The notes under the pieces: generated by a model
What the model was told of the DNA's origin: nothing
Databases searched by the model: none
What the model saw: only the letters and a program-made list of their open reading frames with translations
Origin: a virus
Taxonomy: Duplodnaviria > Caudoviricetes
Length of the DNA stretch: 63,300 nt
Strand: one strand, 5' to 3'
IMG/VR virus record: IMGVR_UViG_3300010371_000039
Span: 1 to 63,300 of that record
Program-made: the position numbers and the translations under genes
Shown: positions 8,946-18,486 of the stretch, piece after piece
Position numbering within the stretch: position 1 is the stretch's first letter
Layout: each line of letters starts with the position of its first letter

Positions 8946-10064
8946 TCAGTCCGTGTGGACGTTGAGGATGAAGCGGTTGTCGAGCAGGCCCCAGGCCGCG
9001 TAGAGCAGCCAGATCACAACAGCGGACTCGCCGTAGTTGTCCTGGACGTTCGGCGCGACTCGCGGCAGATCTCCGATTCCCGCGCCCCAGGCGCTCGGCC
9101 CGAAGAACTGCGCGCTCATGACGGGCACGCTGTTGCTGTTGTTCGTCGCGATGAGCGACGTGGACTCGAAGAGGTCGAGGCCTCCGACCGTCTTGACGTA
9201 GCTCGCGAACAGGGGGTTCTTCGAGCTGTCGTCGGCCCGCGTGTCGTACTTCGCATACTGCGAGAAGAGCGGGTCTTCCTTGAGCTGCCGCGACTGCGTG
9301 GGCGAGATGACGCCCATGTACTTGCCGTTGGGGAAGCGCGGGATGTTCGCGTTCTTGAGGCTCTCCTCGACGCGCCAGATCGTGTCGATGTCGAGCGGGG
9401 TGTCGCCCGCCGAAAGCATCTGGTTGTCGGCGGTGACGGTGCCCGGGTAGAGCGTGGTCGCCGCGTTGTTGCCCAGGGCGATAAGAACCTGGTCGACGAA
9501 GCGGTCCAGGTCGCGCTGGAACTGCTTGCCCACGATCTGAGCGATCGAGTGCAGGCTCACGCTCGCGTCGAACTTGTCGATCGCGATGGGCGCCACGTTG
9601 CCGTTGACGGGGTCGTACGGGCCGCCGTAGCGCTTGAGGGTCAGCGAAACCTGCTCGCTCGCGACGTCGACCGCCGTGGTCGAGATCGTGGTGCCGCTCG
9701 GGATCTCGCGCGCGGCGAGGGTGAAGCCGCCAGACCCGTACACGGGCCGATTGAGCTTCACGGTCTCGCCGGGGCGCTTTCCGATCTCGCCGACGAAGCC
9801 GACCGCCGACTTGTAGACGGGGTCGGGCGGCAGCAGCATCAGCCGGTCGTATTCGGCGGACGTGTAGGCCGCGCCGCTGTCGGCGATCTGGCGTCCCGGG
9901 ATGGGCAGACCGAGCGGCCCTCCCTCGGGCAGCTTGAAGTCGGCCATCATGGCCATCTTGAAGAGCTGCGCGTGGAAGTACTGCGGCTCGGGCTGCACGA
10001 GCAGCATGGGGCTCGTGACATCGAAGAACTCTTCGGGGAGCGAGTTGCGGTTGACGATGGGCAT
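8946..10064 (-). CDS. Major capsid protein
   Basis: 372 aa after scaffold; GETVKLNRP and VSLTLKRYG segments typical of HK97-fold (P22/N4-like) coats. Confidence 0.85.
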   Translation of the reverse strand: MPIVNRNSLPEEFFDVTSPMLLVQPEPQYFHAQLFKMAMMADFKLPEGGPLGLPIPGRQIADSGAAYTSAEYDRLMLLPPDPVYKSAVGFVGEIGKRPGETVKLNRPVYGSGGFTLAAREIPSGTTISTTAVDVASEQVSLTLKRYGGPYDPVNGNVAPIAIDKFDASVSLHSIAQIVGKQFQRDLDRFVDQVLIALGNNAATTLYPGTVTADNQMLSAGDTPLDIDTIWRVEESLKNANIPRFPNGKYMGVISPTQSRQLKEDPLFSQYAKYDTRADDSSKNPLFASYVKTVGGLDLFESTSLIATNNSNSVPVMSAQFFGPSAWGAGIGDLPRVAPNVQDNYGESAVVIWLLYAAWGLLDNRFILNVHTD

Positions 10065-10177
10065 AGTCGGCCTCGGGTCGAACTCCGCGCGCAGGTCGGC
10101 CGCCCCAGGTCAGCGAGTGACCGAGGTCGGGGCAGCGCATCGTGCCGGCGCGCGCGGAAACGGCCGGGATGCGTGCG

Positions 10178-10999
10178 TTACTTGGTGAGATTCGGAAACA
10201 GGACGGTCGCGTACTGCGCGCCCATCATTCGGGCCGCGAGCTGGTCGCCCTTGTGCGGAGACGAACGCAGTCGCTCGTAGGTTTTCTTGATGTCGTCTTC
10301 GGCGGTATTCGGAGCCGCCGGTGCGGGAGCGGGCGCCGTCGGCGCAGTGGACGCGGGCGCCGCGAGCGGCGCAGGGGCCGCGGGAGCGGCAGGCGCCGGA
10401 GCGATAGGCGCCGCGGGTGCCGCGGGCGCAGACACCGTCGTGATGCCGAGAAGGCCGCCCTTGCGCAGACGATCGATCGTGCGGAGTTGCGCGGCCGGAT
10501 CGTCTCCGGCAAGGTCCTTCACGGTCTGCTGCTGCGCGTCGCTGAGCGACGACATTTCCGACGACGCGCGCTCGTTGACGATCTGCGAGAGCACCTTCGC
10601 GCGCCCCGCCTCGGCCTCGAGCGCGGCGGCGCGCTCGGTGGCCTTCTGGATCTCCGTCTTGGTGGCTTCCTCGGCCGCCTTGGCGGCAGCGATGCGCGCC
10701 TTGGCCGCGTCGATATTGTCGACTCCGAGTTCCGCGAGCAGCGCCTTGCGGGCGCCATCCTCGGCGTTCTTCTTGGCCTGGCCGAGGCGCTTGCCGAGCC
10801 ATTCGGGATCGGCTTGCGGCTGCGCGAGCGGCGGGATGACCGTCTCGCCGCCGGCCGCGGGTGCGGCAGGCGTCGCCGCTGCGGGGGCCGAGGGCGCGGC
10901 TTGCGGGGCGGGTGCTGCGGCAGGAGCCGCGGTGGTCGTGGGCTGGGCAGACGTCGGCTGTGCGACCGGCGCGGGCGCGCCGTCGTTCTCGGTGGGCAT
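10178..10999 (-). CDS. Capsid scaffolding protein
   Basis: Ala/Pro-rich ends with central coiled coil, directly upstream of capsid. Confidence 0.75.
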   Translation of the reverse strand: MPTENDGAPAPVAQPTSAQPTTTAAPAAAPAPQAAPSAPAAATPAAPAAGGETVIPPLAQPQADPEWLGKRLGQAKKNAEDGARKALLAELGVDNIDAAKARIAAAKAAEEATKTEIQKATERAAALEAEAGRAKVLSQIVNERASSEMSSLSDAQQQTVKDLAGDDPAAQLRTIDRLRKGGLLGITTVSAPAAPAAPIAPAPAAPAAPAPLAAPASTAPTAPAPAPAAPNTAEDDIKKTYERLRSSPHKGDQLAARMMGAQYATVLFPNLTK

Positions 11000-11064
11000 G
11001 TCGTTCTCCTGTTCGCGGGATACGCGTCCCGGGGCGGATATCGGAGATGGAGACCGGTGACTCG

Positions 11065-11358
11065 TTACTGCTTGAGCGTGCCTCGAACGCTGTACGCGTC
11101 GATGATGCAGGCGTCGCCGACCTTCAGGCCTCGGCGCGCGTATGGATCGGTGACCACGAAATCGCCCTTCTTGGCACCAGTCACCTTGGGCCCGACGGCG
11201 ACGACCTGCGCGAGACAGCCCTCGTACGGCACGGATGCGTCGGGGGATTGCTCGTAGGACGACGACGCGTACTCGTTTGCCCGTTCGTCGTCGTCGACAA
11301 AGCGCACGAGGATGGCCCCCGGCGCCGGCGTGACCGAGTCCGCGTCGATGTTCATCAC
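11065..11358 (-). CDS. GroES-like co-chaperonin
   Basis: 97 aa; PAPGAILVR...AQVVAVGPKV...KKGDFVV...Y pattern of Cpn10. Confidence 0.75.
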   Translation of the reverse strand: MMNIDADSVTPAPGAILVRFVDDDERANEYASSSYEQSPDASVPYEGCLAQVVAVGPKVTGAKKGDFVVTDPYARRGLKVGDACIIDAYSVRGTLKQ

Positions 11359-11789
11359 TGCGCCGTCGAGAAGTGGCAGCCGACGATCACCGAGCCTGCG
11401 GCGTCCCAGCCGGCGCTCGTGGTGCTGACACCGGATCCGCCGCTCGCCGCATTCTGGAGCGCAATGCCGGTGATGTTGCCCGTCGAGAGCGTGGCGCCGG
11501 TCGTGTAGAGCGCGTTGCCGGCCTGGTAACCGGGGAAGTTGCCCTGGCCCACCCAGTCGATGGTGCAGGTGCCGCCGTCGCGCACGCGCGCCGCGATCAT
11601 CTGTGCGAGGGTCTGCGTGGTCGCGACGCCCTGGTCATAGCCGCCGCCGCCGAGGCTGATGGTGTCGGTGCCGCCGGTCGACGCGGTGTTGAGCAGGTCG
11701 AACGTCACGAGAAACAGCGCTCCCTCGTTCAGCCCACGCGGCGCGGAGAGCAGATCGATACCCTTGACGTTCCCGTTCTTGGCGGTCAT
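11355..11789 (-). CDS. Gly/Thr-rich putative virion protein
   Basis: AAGGA RBS, head module position. Confidence 0.55.
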   Translation of the reverse strand: MTAKNGNVKGIDLLSAPRGLNEGALFLVTFDLLNTASTGGTDTISLGGGGYDQGVATTQTLAQMIAARVRDGGTCTIDWVGQGNFPGYQAGNALYTTGATLSTGNITGIALQNAASGGSGVSTTSAGWDAAGSVIVGCHFSTAQ

Positions 11790-11846
11790 GTGCGGATCCT
11801 TTTCGGTCGCTCGCGCGCACGAGGGCCGCGAGGGTTGATGTTGGAA

Positions 11847-12212
11847 TCAGGTGCTGGCGTAGACGCCGCGCACCACGACGGAGATGGCTTTGCCGCTCGT
11901 GCAGGCGCCGGCACTCGCATAGAGGGGCGCGCCCTGTCGGAACCGCACGGGCACCGGGCAGTTGCTGTCGATGGGGCTCGGGCTGGCCACGTAGTACGTG
12001 ACGCTCGTATGTCCGTCGCTCAGGACGATCGTCTGCGCGGCCGTGTCGCTCGAAGAGACGTCGATGCCGTAGACATCGAGCCAGAACGACGTCGATTGCC
12101 CGCTCACGCCATTGGGCACGAGCATCGCCGTCAGTCCGCCGGCCTGGAGAATCGCGTTGCCATACGCGAGCTGCTGGCCCAGGCTGGGGATGTGTTTGCC
12201 GACCTTGGCCAC
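11847..12212 (-). CDS. Putative virion protein (beta-sandwich-like)
   Basis: AAGGAG RBS, head module position. Confidence 0.55.
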   Translation of the reverse strand: MAKVGKHIPSLGQQLAYGNAILQAGGLTAMLVPNGVSGQSTSFWLDVYGIDVSSSDTAAQTIVLSDGHTSVTYYVASPSPIDSNCPVPVRFRQGAPLYASAGACTSGKAISVVVRGVYAST

Positions 12213-12215
12213 GGG

Positions 12216-12596
12216 CTACTCCTTGGAGGACCGCTCGTAGGCCGCGACCATGCGGGCCAGGCCCTTGCGGTGGGCACGGGCTCGCGCCAAGTCGGCCTCG
12301 AGCGACGGGATCGTGATCTCGAGCTCCGCGAGTTGCGCCCGCGCTTCCGCGACGATCTCCTCGGCGGTTCGTGCGCGCGCGGGCTGCTGGAGCGGCGTTC
12401 GCGGACGGGCTGGCAGCGCCACGACATTGTCGACGGGCGGCGGAGGCGGAGGCGCCTGCACGACCGGCAGCCGATGCCCCTTGGCCGCGCACATGCGGAC
12501 CATCTTGGCCGCGTTCATTCCTTGGGCCGCCGTCGCCGGATCCCCCATCTCGAGGGTCTCGCCAACGTCGGCATTGCACTCCGGACACCAAGCCAT
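12216..12596 (-). CDS. Hypothetical protein (CxxC, poly-Pro, coiled coil)
   Basis: MAWCPEC... start overlaps upstream stop. Confidence 0.55.
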   Translation of the reverse strand: MAWCPECNADVGETLEMGDPATAAQGMNAAKMVRMCAAKGHRLPVVQAPPPPPPVDNVVALPARPRTPLQQPARARTAEEIVAEARAQLAELEITIPSLEADLARARAHRKGLARMVAAYERSSKE

Positions 12597-13003
12597 CAGG
12601 CCGCCAGGCGTCGGGGAAGAGTCGCGCGCAGGGCCTCGCTCACGTCCTCGAGACGTGCACTCGTGTGCTTGGCCATGCCCAGCATCGTGGACTGCTCCCA
12701 GGTGTAGGAGCCGTTGCGCATGGCCAGCGAGAACCGCTCGCAGTCCCGCTCCCAAGTGAGCCATACGAATCCGCCTGCGTCGGCGCCGGGAGTCGGCCGA
12801 CCGAGATGCGGATGCGCGCGGCAGAGGTCCACCGCGACTTGCATCGCGCGAAGCCACTCGTTCTTGGCAATGGGCTTGGCGCCGAGGTCCGCTGGATTGG
12901 TCACGAGCGCGGACGGGTCTCGATCCCAGCCGAATCCGCCCGTAACGCTGGCGAGGTTCGAGATGTCGGCGGCGAGACCGCACATGCTGTCAGAGAAGTT
13001 CAT
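12596..13003 (-). CDS. Hypothetical protein
   Basis: ATGA-coupled to the upstream gene. Confidence 0.5.
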   Translation of the reverse strand: MNFSDSMCGLAADISNLASVTGGFGWDRDPSALVTNPADLGAKPIAKNEWLRAMQVAVDLCRAHPHLGRPTPGADAGGFVWLTWERDCERFSLAMRNGSYTWEQSTMLGMAKHTSARLEDVSEALRATLPRRLAA

Positions 13004-13647
13004 GCGGACTCGATCTCGGTGTCGATGACGCACCTGCACCGGGGGTGGACGGGCGGCGGATCGAAGTGGTGAGGGCTGCGTCGCTGCTCGCCGTGAAGGT
13101 CGCCGCAGGCGTCGCACGTGCGCGTGTCGAGCGTCGCGTTCCAGGTCTCGATGACGACGTAGCCGCGGGCCCGCGCCTGCGCGTTGGCTCGCGCGATCTC
13201 CGCGTTGAGCGCGTCCGCGACTTCCGTCACGGCGGTGCGCTCGACTGACGACTCGATGGACTCGTGAGCGATGGCGAGCGCCTGCTCCTCGGTCGCGCCC
13301 TCCCGCAGGGCGTTTGTGCGGTATGCGGTCCACTGCTCCGCGAGACTGTCGGCCGATCGCGCCGCGCGCGCAGCATCGTGGGCTTCGTAAATCCGCTCGG
13401 CATCGATTCGGACGCCAGTCGTCTTCACCCACCGCACGATGGCCTTCGCGCGCGCATCCTGGCGAATCGCCTTGATGGCCTTACGGCCGGCGACTCGCAT
13501 CGCATTCTGGACATGCAGGTGCGTCCCGCCGAGGGACGTGAGGCTGCGCGGTAGACGCATCGCCGCGGTCAGCGACCGACGCGCCTTGTGGTCGAGTAGG
13601 AGCAGGACCGCCGCCCACTCGGCCATCCGTCGCTCCTGCTCGTCCAC
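13000..13647 (-). CDS. Minor head protein (Mu gpF/SPP1 gp7 family)
   Basis: WNATLDTRTCDAC..LHG...PPVHPRCRC motif; follows portal. Confidence 0.88.
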   Translation of the reverse strand: MDEQERRMAEWAAVLLLLDHKARRSLTAAMRLPRSLTSLGGTHLHVQNAMRVAGRKAIKAIRQDARAKAIVRWVKTTGVRIDAERIYEAHDAARAARSADSLAEQWTAYRTNALREGATEEQALAIAHESIESSVERTAVTEVADALNAEIARANAQARARGYVVIETWNATLDTRTCDACGDLHGEQRRSPHHFDPPPVHPRCRCVIDTEIESA

Positions 13648-13653
13648 GGAGCT

Positions 13654-16074
13654 TTACTTCTGGTCGGAGCCGCCGCGCTGGCTGTCGTGCATCACGCGCC
13701 AGTCGCTCTGGCCTCCGTCCTGGACGACGGCGCCGACGTTCGCGACGTACGCCATCGGGTTCTGCCCGAGCTTCTTGTAGGCGAGCGCCCGGTGATGCCC
13801 GTCGGCGATGATCAGCTTGTCGTTGTTCGGCTCGTTGACCAGGATGATCGGCTTGACGAAGCCGTCGGACTCGATGCGCTCGACGAAGTCGTCGATGTGG
13901 TCCGAGTCCTCGTTGGCCGGCCAGTCCTGCTGTTTGGTCCAGTCGATCTCGCTGAGCGGCACGACGATCGGGCCGCGCCAGTCGGCGTGGTCCACCCATG
14001 CGACTTGCTTGTCGCTGTAGTCCTCGAGCAGGTCTCGCTTGACCTTCGCAGCGATGCCCGGACTCTCGTCGGAGGCCCGCATACGATCGGCCGGATCGAA
14101 TAGCTCGTGCTGCGAGCCGTCGGGGCCCGCGACCATCTTCTTGCCAGTCGCAGCATCGGCGACGGGCTGCGCCGACTTGCCATTGGCTGGCGCTTTTGCC
14201 ACTTGAGCGGGCGGCGCGGCCTTCGCGGGCGCCTTTGCGACTCCGGGCTTGGCGGCGGCGCCGGCCTTCGCCGCGGGCGCTGCTTTCGCGGCCGGTGCCG
14301 CTGGAGCCCCTGCCCCGCCCTTGGGAGTGTTTGCGTCGTTGCCACCCGTCTTGGGGTCAGTGGCGCCGCTCGCGCCATCCTGTCCCGGCGGCGCGTCGCC
14401 GTCGGCCGACTTACCGTCGGCGCCCCCGAGTGCCTGCATCGCGGCGTGCAGGGTGGCGTCCTGCTCGTCCTTCTCGGCCTTGAGCTTCTCGACGTACTGC
14501 GCGACGTTCTGGATATCCGGGAAGATCGGTTTGATGTGCGCGACCGCCGTTTCCAGCGTGATGAGGTGCTTGTCGAGCGCCGTCGCCGCGTTGGTGATGC
14601 GGGTCGACTCGTCCTGGTCGCTCGGCTCGAAGTAGTCGCCCCACGTGGCCTTGATCGGCGGGTCGAACCACGCCGTACCCGAGCCTTCGACCTCTTGCTC
14701 GAAGCGCTGCGCGACGCGAGCGATCTCTTTCGCGCCCGCCAGGTAGAGACCCTTCGTCTGCTTGATGACGATGCGAAGGAGCATCGACACGAGCGGCAGA
14801 AGGGCGAAGCGCCAGAACTCCTCTCGGATCCTGTTACAGACCTGGACCTGCGGACGGTAGGTGACGTCGAGCGTTTTGCCGCTCACATCGCCCGATCCGG
14901 TGACGTCCTCGGGGGCCACGTATACGACGCCCAGCGACTCCCGCAGGGTCGCGATGTTATCGTCGACGTCATCGGCGAGCGCTTTGAGCGCGTCGGCTCC
15001 GAGCGTCAGCAGCTTGGCGTCGGCGTCCGGCGATTCGTACTGCCAGACGATGCCGACGCCCTTCTTGCGAACCGCTCGCGAGGCGCCGGTCTGCTTGGCC
15101 GGCATGAGCGGCGAGCGCCACCCCGAGGTGTCCTGGGTGAGATCGGCGCCGCCGACGCTGCCCATGGGAGCGCGGACCTCGCCGTCGCTCACACCGGTCT
15201 CGATCATCTGCGGATCGCCGCAGTATCGAGCCGCGCGGTGCCGCTGGCTCTTGCCGATGTTGACGGCATCGATGAGCGAGAGGAGCCCATCGTGCAGAGC
15301 GTGGCCGTCCATCTCGCCCGGCTTCGATTCGCGCCGTCGGAATCGATACCAAATGACCGGGCAGAATCCGAGGCCGTGCTTGACCTGAGTCTTGACCTTG
15401 CGAGGCTCCGGGAACTCGGTGTCCCGGAAGATCTCCTCGGGCTCGTAGATCGTCTCGGACTTGTCGTCGATGACGCGCCGGTATTGCCAGACGTGCGTCT
15501 CGTACTTGCCAGTGACCTTGTTCAGCTCGTCGGTGGTGTAGCGGTAGCTCTCGACGAGTCGCACGACCCGCGTGGGATCCTTCTCGTCAAACTGCGGCTC
15601 ACAGTTCTGCGCGTTCGCCAGCCGCACGACGAGGCGGCCCGATTGCAAGCATGGAAGGAACGCGACGGAGCATCCCCCCATCGCCTCTTCAAGGCCTTGC
15701 TGCGAGATGGTGTCGAGCCGCGTTTGCTCGACGATCTTGAGCAGGCCCCCGTCGAGCGCCTTGCTGTCTTGCTCGGTCAGGCCAAGCCGCTCGTCGAAAG
15801 CAGCGTCGTTCTCGCTCTGGCCCGTCGTGAGGATCGGGAATCGGCCGTCGCCAAGGCAGAACGTTGAGAGCGTCTGGATGGCGTTGCGCGCCGCCGGATA
15901 CTGCACGCACGGCTTGCGCTGCGAGATGGGTGCGTCGCTCGCATCATCGAAAAAATCGGGCCGACCATCGTAGATCGATCCGTCGACGTAGGCCTGTAGG
16001 ACACCGATGCCCTTGGCGCGCGGAGACTGGCCGGCCCGCAGGATCCGGGAGACTTCCTCGGGCGTGAGCGCCAC
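13654..16074 (-). CDS. Portal protein fused to a C-terminal ParB/Srx-like domain
   Basis: About 540 aa SPP1-like portal (HGLGFCPVIW, SGDVSGKTL), Ala/Pro/Lys linker, then VPLSEID...IESDGFVKPIILV...IIADGHHRALAYKKLG. Confidence 0.85.
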   Translation of the reverse strand: MALTPEEVSRILRAGQSPRAKGIGVLQAYVDGSIYDGRPDFFDDASDAPISQRKPCVQYPAARNAIQTLSTFCLGDGRFPILTTGQSENDAAFDERLGLTEQDSKALDGGLLKIVEQTRLDTISQQGLEEAMGGCSVAFLPCLQSGRLVVRLANAQNCEPQFDEKDPTRVVRLVESYRYTTDELNKVTGKYETHVWQYRRVIDDKSETIYEPEEIFRDTEFPEPRKVKTQVKHGLGFCPVIWYRFRRRESKPGEMDGHALHDGLLSLIDAVNIGKSQRHRAARYCGDPQMIETGVSDGEVRAPMGSVGGADLTQDTSGWRSPLMPAKQTGASRAVRKKGVGIVWQYESPDADAKLLTLGADALKALADDVDDNIATLRESLGVVYVAPEDVTGSGDVSGKTLDVTYRPQVQVCNRIREEFWRFALLPLVSMLLRIVIKQTKGLYLAGAKEIARVAQRFEQEVEGSGTAWFDPPIKATWGDYFEPSDQDESTRITNAATALDKHLITLETAVAHIKPIFPDIQNVAQYVEKLKAEKDEQDATLHAAMQALGGADGKSADGDAPPGQDGASGATDPKTGGNDANTPKGGAGAPAAPAAKAAPAAKAGAAAKPGVAKAPAKAAPPAQVAKAPANGKSAQPVADAATGKKMVAGPDGSQHELFDPADRMRASDESPGIAAKVKRDLLEDYSDKQVAWVDHADWRGPIVVPLSEIDWTKQQDWPANEDSDHIDDFVERIESDGFVKPIILVNEPNNDKLIIADGHHRALAYKKLGQNPMAYVANVGAVVQDGGQSDWRVMHDSQRGGSDQK

Positions 16075-16077
16075 GGG

Positions 16078-16290
16078 TTAGCCCTTTCGCAGCCCGGCGG
16101 CGGCGCAGCCCTCGCGCAGATGGAGAACGAGGTCGGCCAGCGCCGCGCGGGCGCGCGCGAGTCGCTCGATTGCTTCAGGCCGCACCGGCTCGCGCTTGTC
16201 GCCCATCTGGATGCCGCGAGTGAGCATCTCGTCGAGTTCCTCGCGCAGACTGGTGAGCGAGGTCAGGTGTTCGGACAGCGGCTTAGCCAC
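16078..16290 (-). CDS. Small helical hypothetical protein
   Basis: GTG start overlapping upstream stop. Confidence 0.45.
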   Translation of the reverse strand: MAKPLSEHLTSLTSLREELDEMLTRGIQMGDKREPVRPEAIERLARARAALADLVLHLREGCAAAGLRKG

Positions 16291-17050
16291 GGCGTGGGCC
16301 CCGACGGCGCACCGACTGCTCAGCGGGGGCCACGTGCTCCGATTCGGCCAGGTCGAGCAGCTTCGGCTGCTCGGGAGCCGATTTGTCCGTCTGCACGATG
16401 GTGGCTTCGTTGGCGGCCGGCGCCGGCGGCGGCGCGACCGCCACGGGTCCCGGCGCGGGCGCTCCAGGCATCGCCACGCTCGGGAAGACCTTCGGGCGCG
16501 ATCGGCCGGAGAGGATGTCGGCGCGTTCCTTCTTCGAGCAGTCGCCCGAGCAGAAGGTCCCATGGACCGCCTGCTGGAAGCCGTTCGACTTGGCGATCGA
16601 CATCAGGCGATCGGGCGCGTCGTCCACCGACACGCGAACGCGGACCGGGCACTGCCCGTGGTCGCACACGATCTCGCGCGCCGGCTTCCCCTCGTGATTG
16701 CGGAAGTCGCGCACGCTGACGCGGGTGACGTTCGGCCCCGGCGTCGCGCGCGCCACGTCGAGGCGATTGGCCTGCGTCTGGCCCTTGGTGCGTAGAGCGA
16801 TCTCCCAGCACGTGCGCCCGCAGTACACACCTCCATCGGCCTCAATCCAGCCAGAGGCCGACGCAAACGCCGCGAGCTTCTCGGCCGCGATGTGATCGAC
16901 CGTGGTGCCGCTCGGGCGACCGCGATGATCGGTCACGTTCTGCGGGCAGTTTGGGTTGCCGCAGCGCATGTACCGCCCGTGCGTCGTGACGGTGAGCTGC
17001 GGCGGCAGCGTCGTGGGACGCCAGGGCGGCGTCGCGAAGGCATTGGCCAT
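16283..17050 (-). CDS. Protein with two tandem Cys4 Zn-finger-like repeats
   Basis: CGNPNC...YCGRTC and CDHGQC...FCSGDC. Confidence 0.6.
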   Translation of the reverse strand: MANAFATPPWRPTTLPPQLTVTTHGRYMRCGNPNCPQNVTDHRGRPSGTTVDHIAAEKLAAFASASGWIEADGGVYCGRTCWEIALRTKGQTQANRLDVARATPGPNVTRVSVRDFRNHEGKPAREIVCDHGQCPVRVRVSVDDAPDRLMSIAKSNGFQQAVHGTFCSGDCSKKERADILSGRSRPKVFPSVAMPGAPAPGPVAVAPPPAPAANEATIVQTDKSAPEQPKLLDLAESEHVAPAEQSVRRRGPRRG

Positions 17051-17067
17051 GGGTGGGTGGCTTTCTG

Positions 17068-18480
17068 TCAGTGACTCGCGAAGTCGCCCGGTCCGAGCGA
17101 CTTGCGTGCGCCGCTCGCGCGCAGCGGACTGCATGCGCGCAGCGCCAGCGCCAGGGCCCACGCCCTGTCGGCGTGGCCTTCCTCGGTGCGGTGCGCGTCG
17201 TACCGGATCGATCCGTTGTCCGAGACGATGCGGCGGATCGCGCAGACGTCGTTCTTGAGCTTCGGATCGTCGGGAATCGTGATCGCGCGGTTGGCGAACC
17301 GCTCGAACATCCCAGTCGCGAGTTCCGCCTTGCTCGGCTGCGTGAAGTGCACGAGGTCCACGCGGTTGCGTCCCAGGTGCTTCTTCAGCATCTCGGCCGG
17401 CACGAGCCCCAGGCCCGTGGCGTCAACCGAGATGAGCTTGAAGTCCCACGCCTGCGCGGAGGCCAGGATCATCACCTGCTGCTCGTCCCACGCCGTGCGC
17501 TTGCACGTCTTGAGGTCGACCACCCAGGCGTGTCCCTTCGAGTCGACGCGGACGACGACGAGCGCCGTCAGGTCGTTCTCGAGGCCTATGTCGAGGCCCG
17601 CGACCGTGAAGCCTTCGACGACCGGCACCGGGCCGCTGAGCCAGAGCGCCTGGTCGACCAGCTCCGTCGGGATGTACTGCTGCGCGTCGTCGAGGAAGCT
17701 TCCCTCGAAGAGCTGCGCGAAGATCCGCGCGTCTCCGCGCGCCATCTTCCAGCACTTGTCGAGCAGCGCCTTGCGCGCCTCGGGCGTGCGCGCGAGCCCG
17801 TCATCCAGCGCGTCGTGGATGGTGGTCTCGTGGAGCATGTACCCGCGGTGCTTCTGCGGGTCCGTCCAGAGCTCGTAGAACAGGTTGCCGATGCCGTTCG
17901 GAGTCGAGACGACACAGAGCCGCCCACCGTGCATCGTGACCGCCGCGGCGGCGTCCCATACCTTCTCGGCCCGGTTGCCGTGGTAGGCAAACTCGTCGAG
18001 GAAGACGTTGCCGGTGAAGCCGCGTCCCGCGCTCGTCGACGGCAGCGCGACGATGCGCCCGCCGCTCGCGAACCGAAGCTCGTTGCCCTTCCGATGGCCT
18101 TCCTTGCTCGCGGCGCGGGCCCAGCGGCTCCCAAGGGCCACCAGGATCTGCGCGTGCCGCTCACCCTTGTCGACGACTTCGTCGGACTCGCGCTCACCGA
18201 TGCTGATGACCGTCGTGGTCTCGCCCAGGAGCGCGAGCAACACGATCTTGGCGGCCACCGTGTGGCTCGCGCCGATCTGCCGGGACTTCAGGATGAGGGT
18301 GAAGTCGCCTAGGTCGAGCAGCCACTCGAGCTGGTAGGCGTAGAACGTCGTGAGCCATGCCATGATGGCGGCCCATTCGCGTCCAGGAAGCGACGCCTGG
18401 AGTGCGTCTAGCGCCCGCTTGGCGTACGCACTGAGGACCGCGAACGACTTGGTCGCCCGCCAGTCAGCGGCCTTGGCCAA
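17068..18480 (-). CDS. terL: Terminase large subunit
   Basis: KSRQIGAS Walker A, VFLDEFA Walker B, STPNG, GLDIG nuclease motif, HADRAWALALA. Confidence 0.95.
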   Translation of the reverse strand: MAKAADWRATKSFAVLSAYAKRALDALQASLPGREWAAIMAWLTTFYAYQLEWLLDLGDFTLILKSRQIGASHTVAAKIVLLALLGETTTVISIGERESDEVVDKGERHAQILVALGSRWARAASKEGHRKGNELRFASGGRIVALPSTSAGRGFTGNVFLDEFAYHGNRAEKVWDAAAAVTMHGGRLCVVSTPNGIGNLFYELWTDPQKHRGYMLHETTIHDALDDGLARTPEARKALLDKCWKMARGDARIFAQLFEGSFLDDAQQYIPTELVDQALWLSGPVPVVEGFTVAGLDIGLENDLTALVVVRVDSKGHAWVVDLKTCKRTAWDEQQVMILASAQAWDFKLISVDATGLGLVPAEMLKKHLGRNRVDLVHFTQPSKAELATGMFERFANRAITIPDDPKLKNDVCAIRRIVSDNGSIRYDAHRTEEGHADRAWALALALRACSPLRASGARKSLGPGDFASH

Positions 18481-18486
18481 GGACTA

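Noticed and set aside
8233-10140. 635-aa ORF as a capsid-overlapping or frameshift-extended protein
   Set aside because: Upstream part is an off-frame shadow of the capsid gene; real start at 8928 with its own RBS; no slippery site recognised
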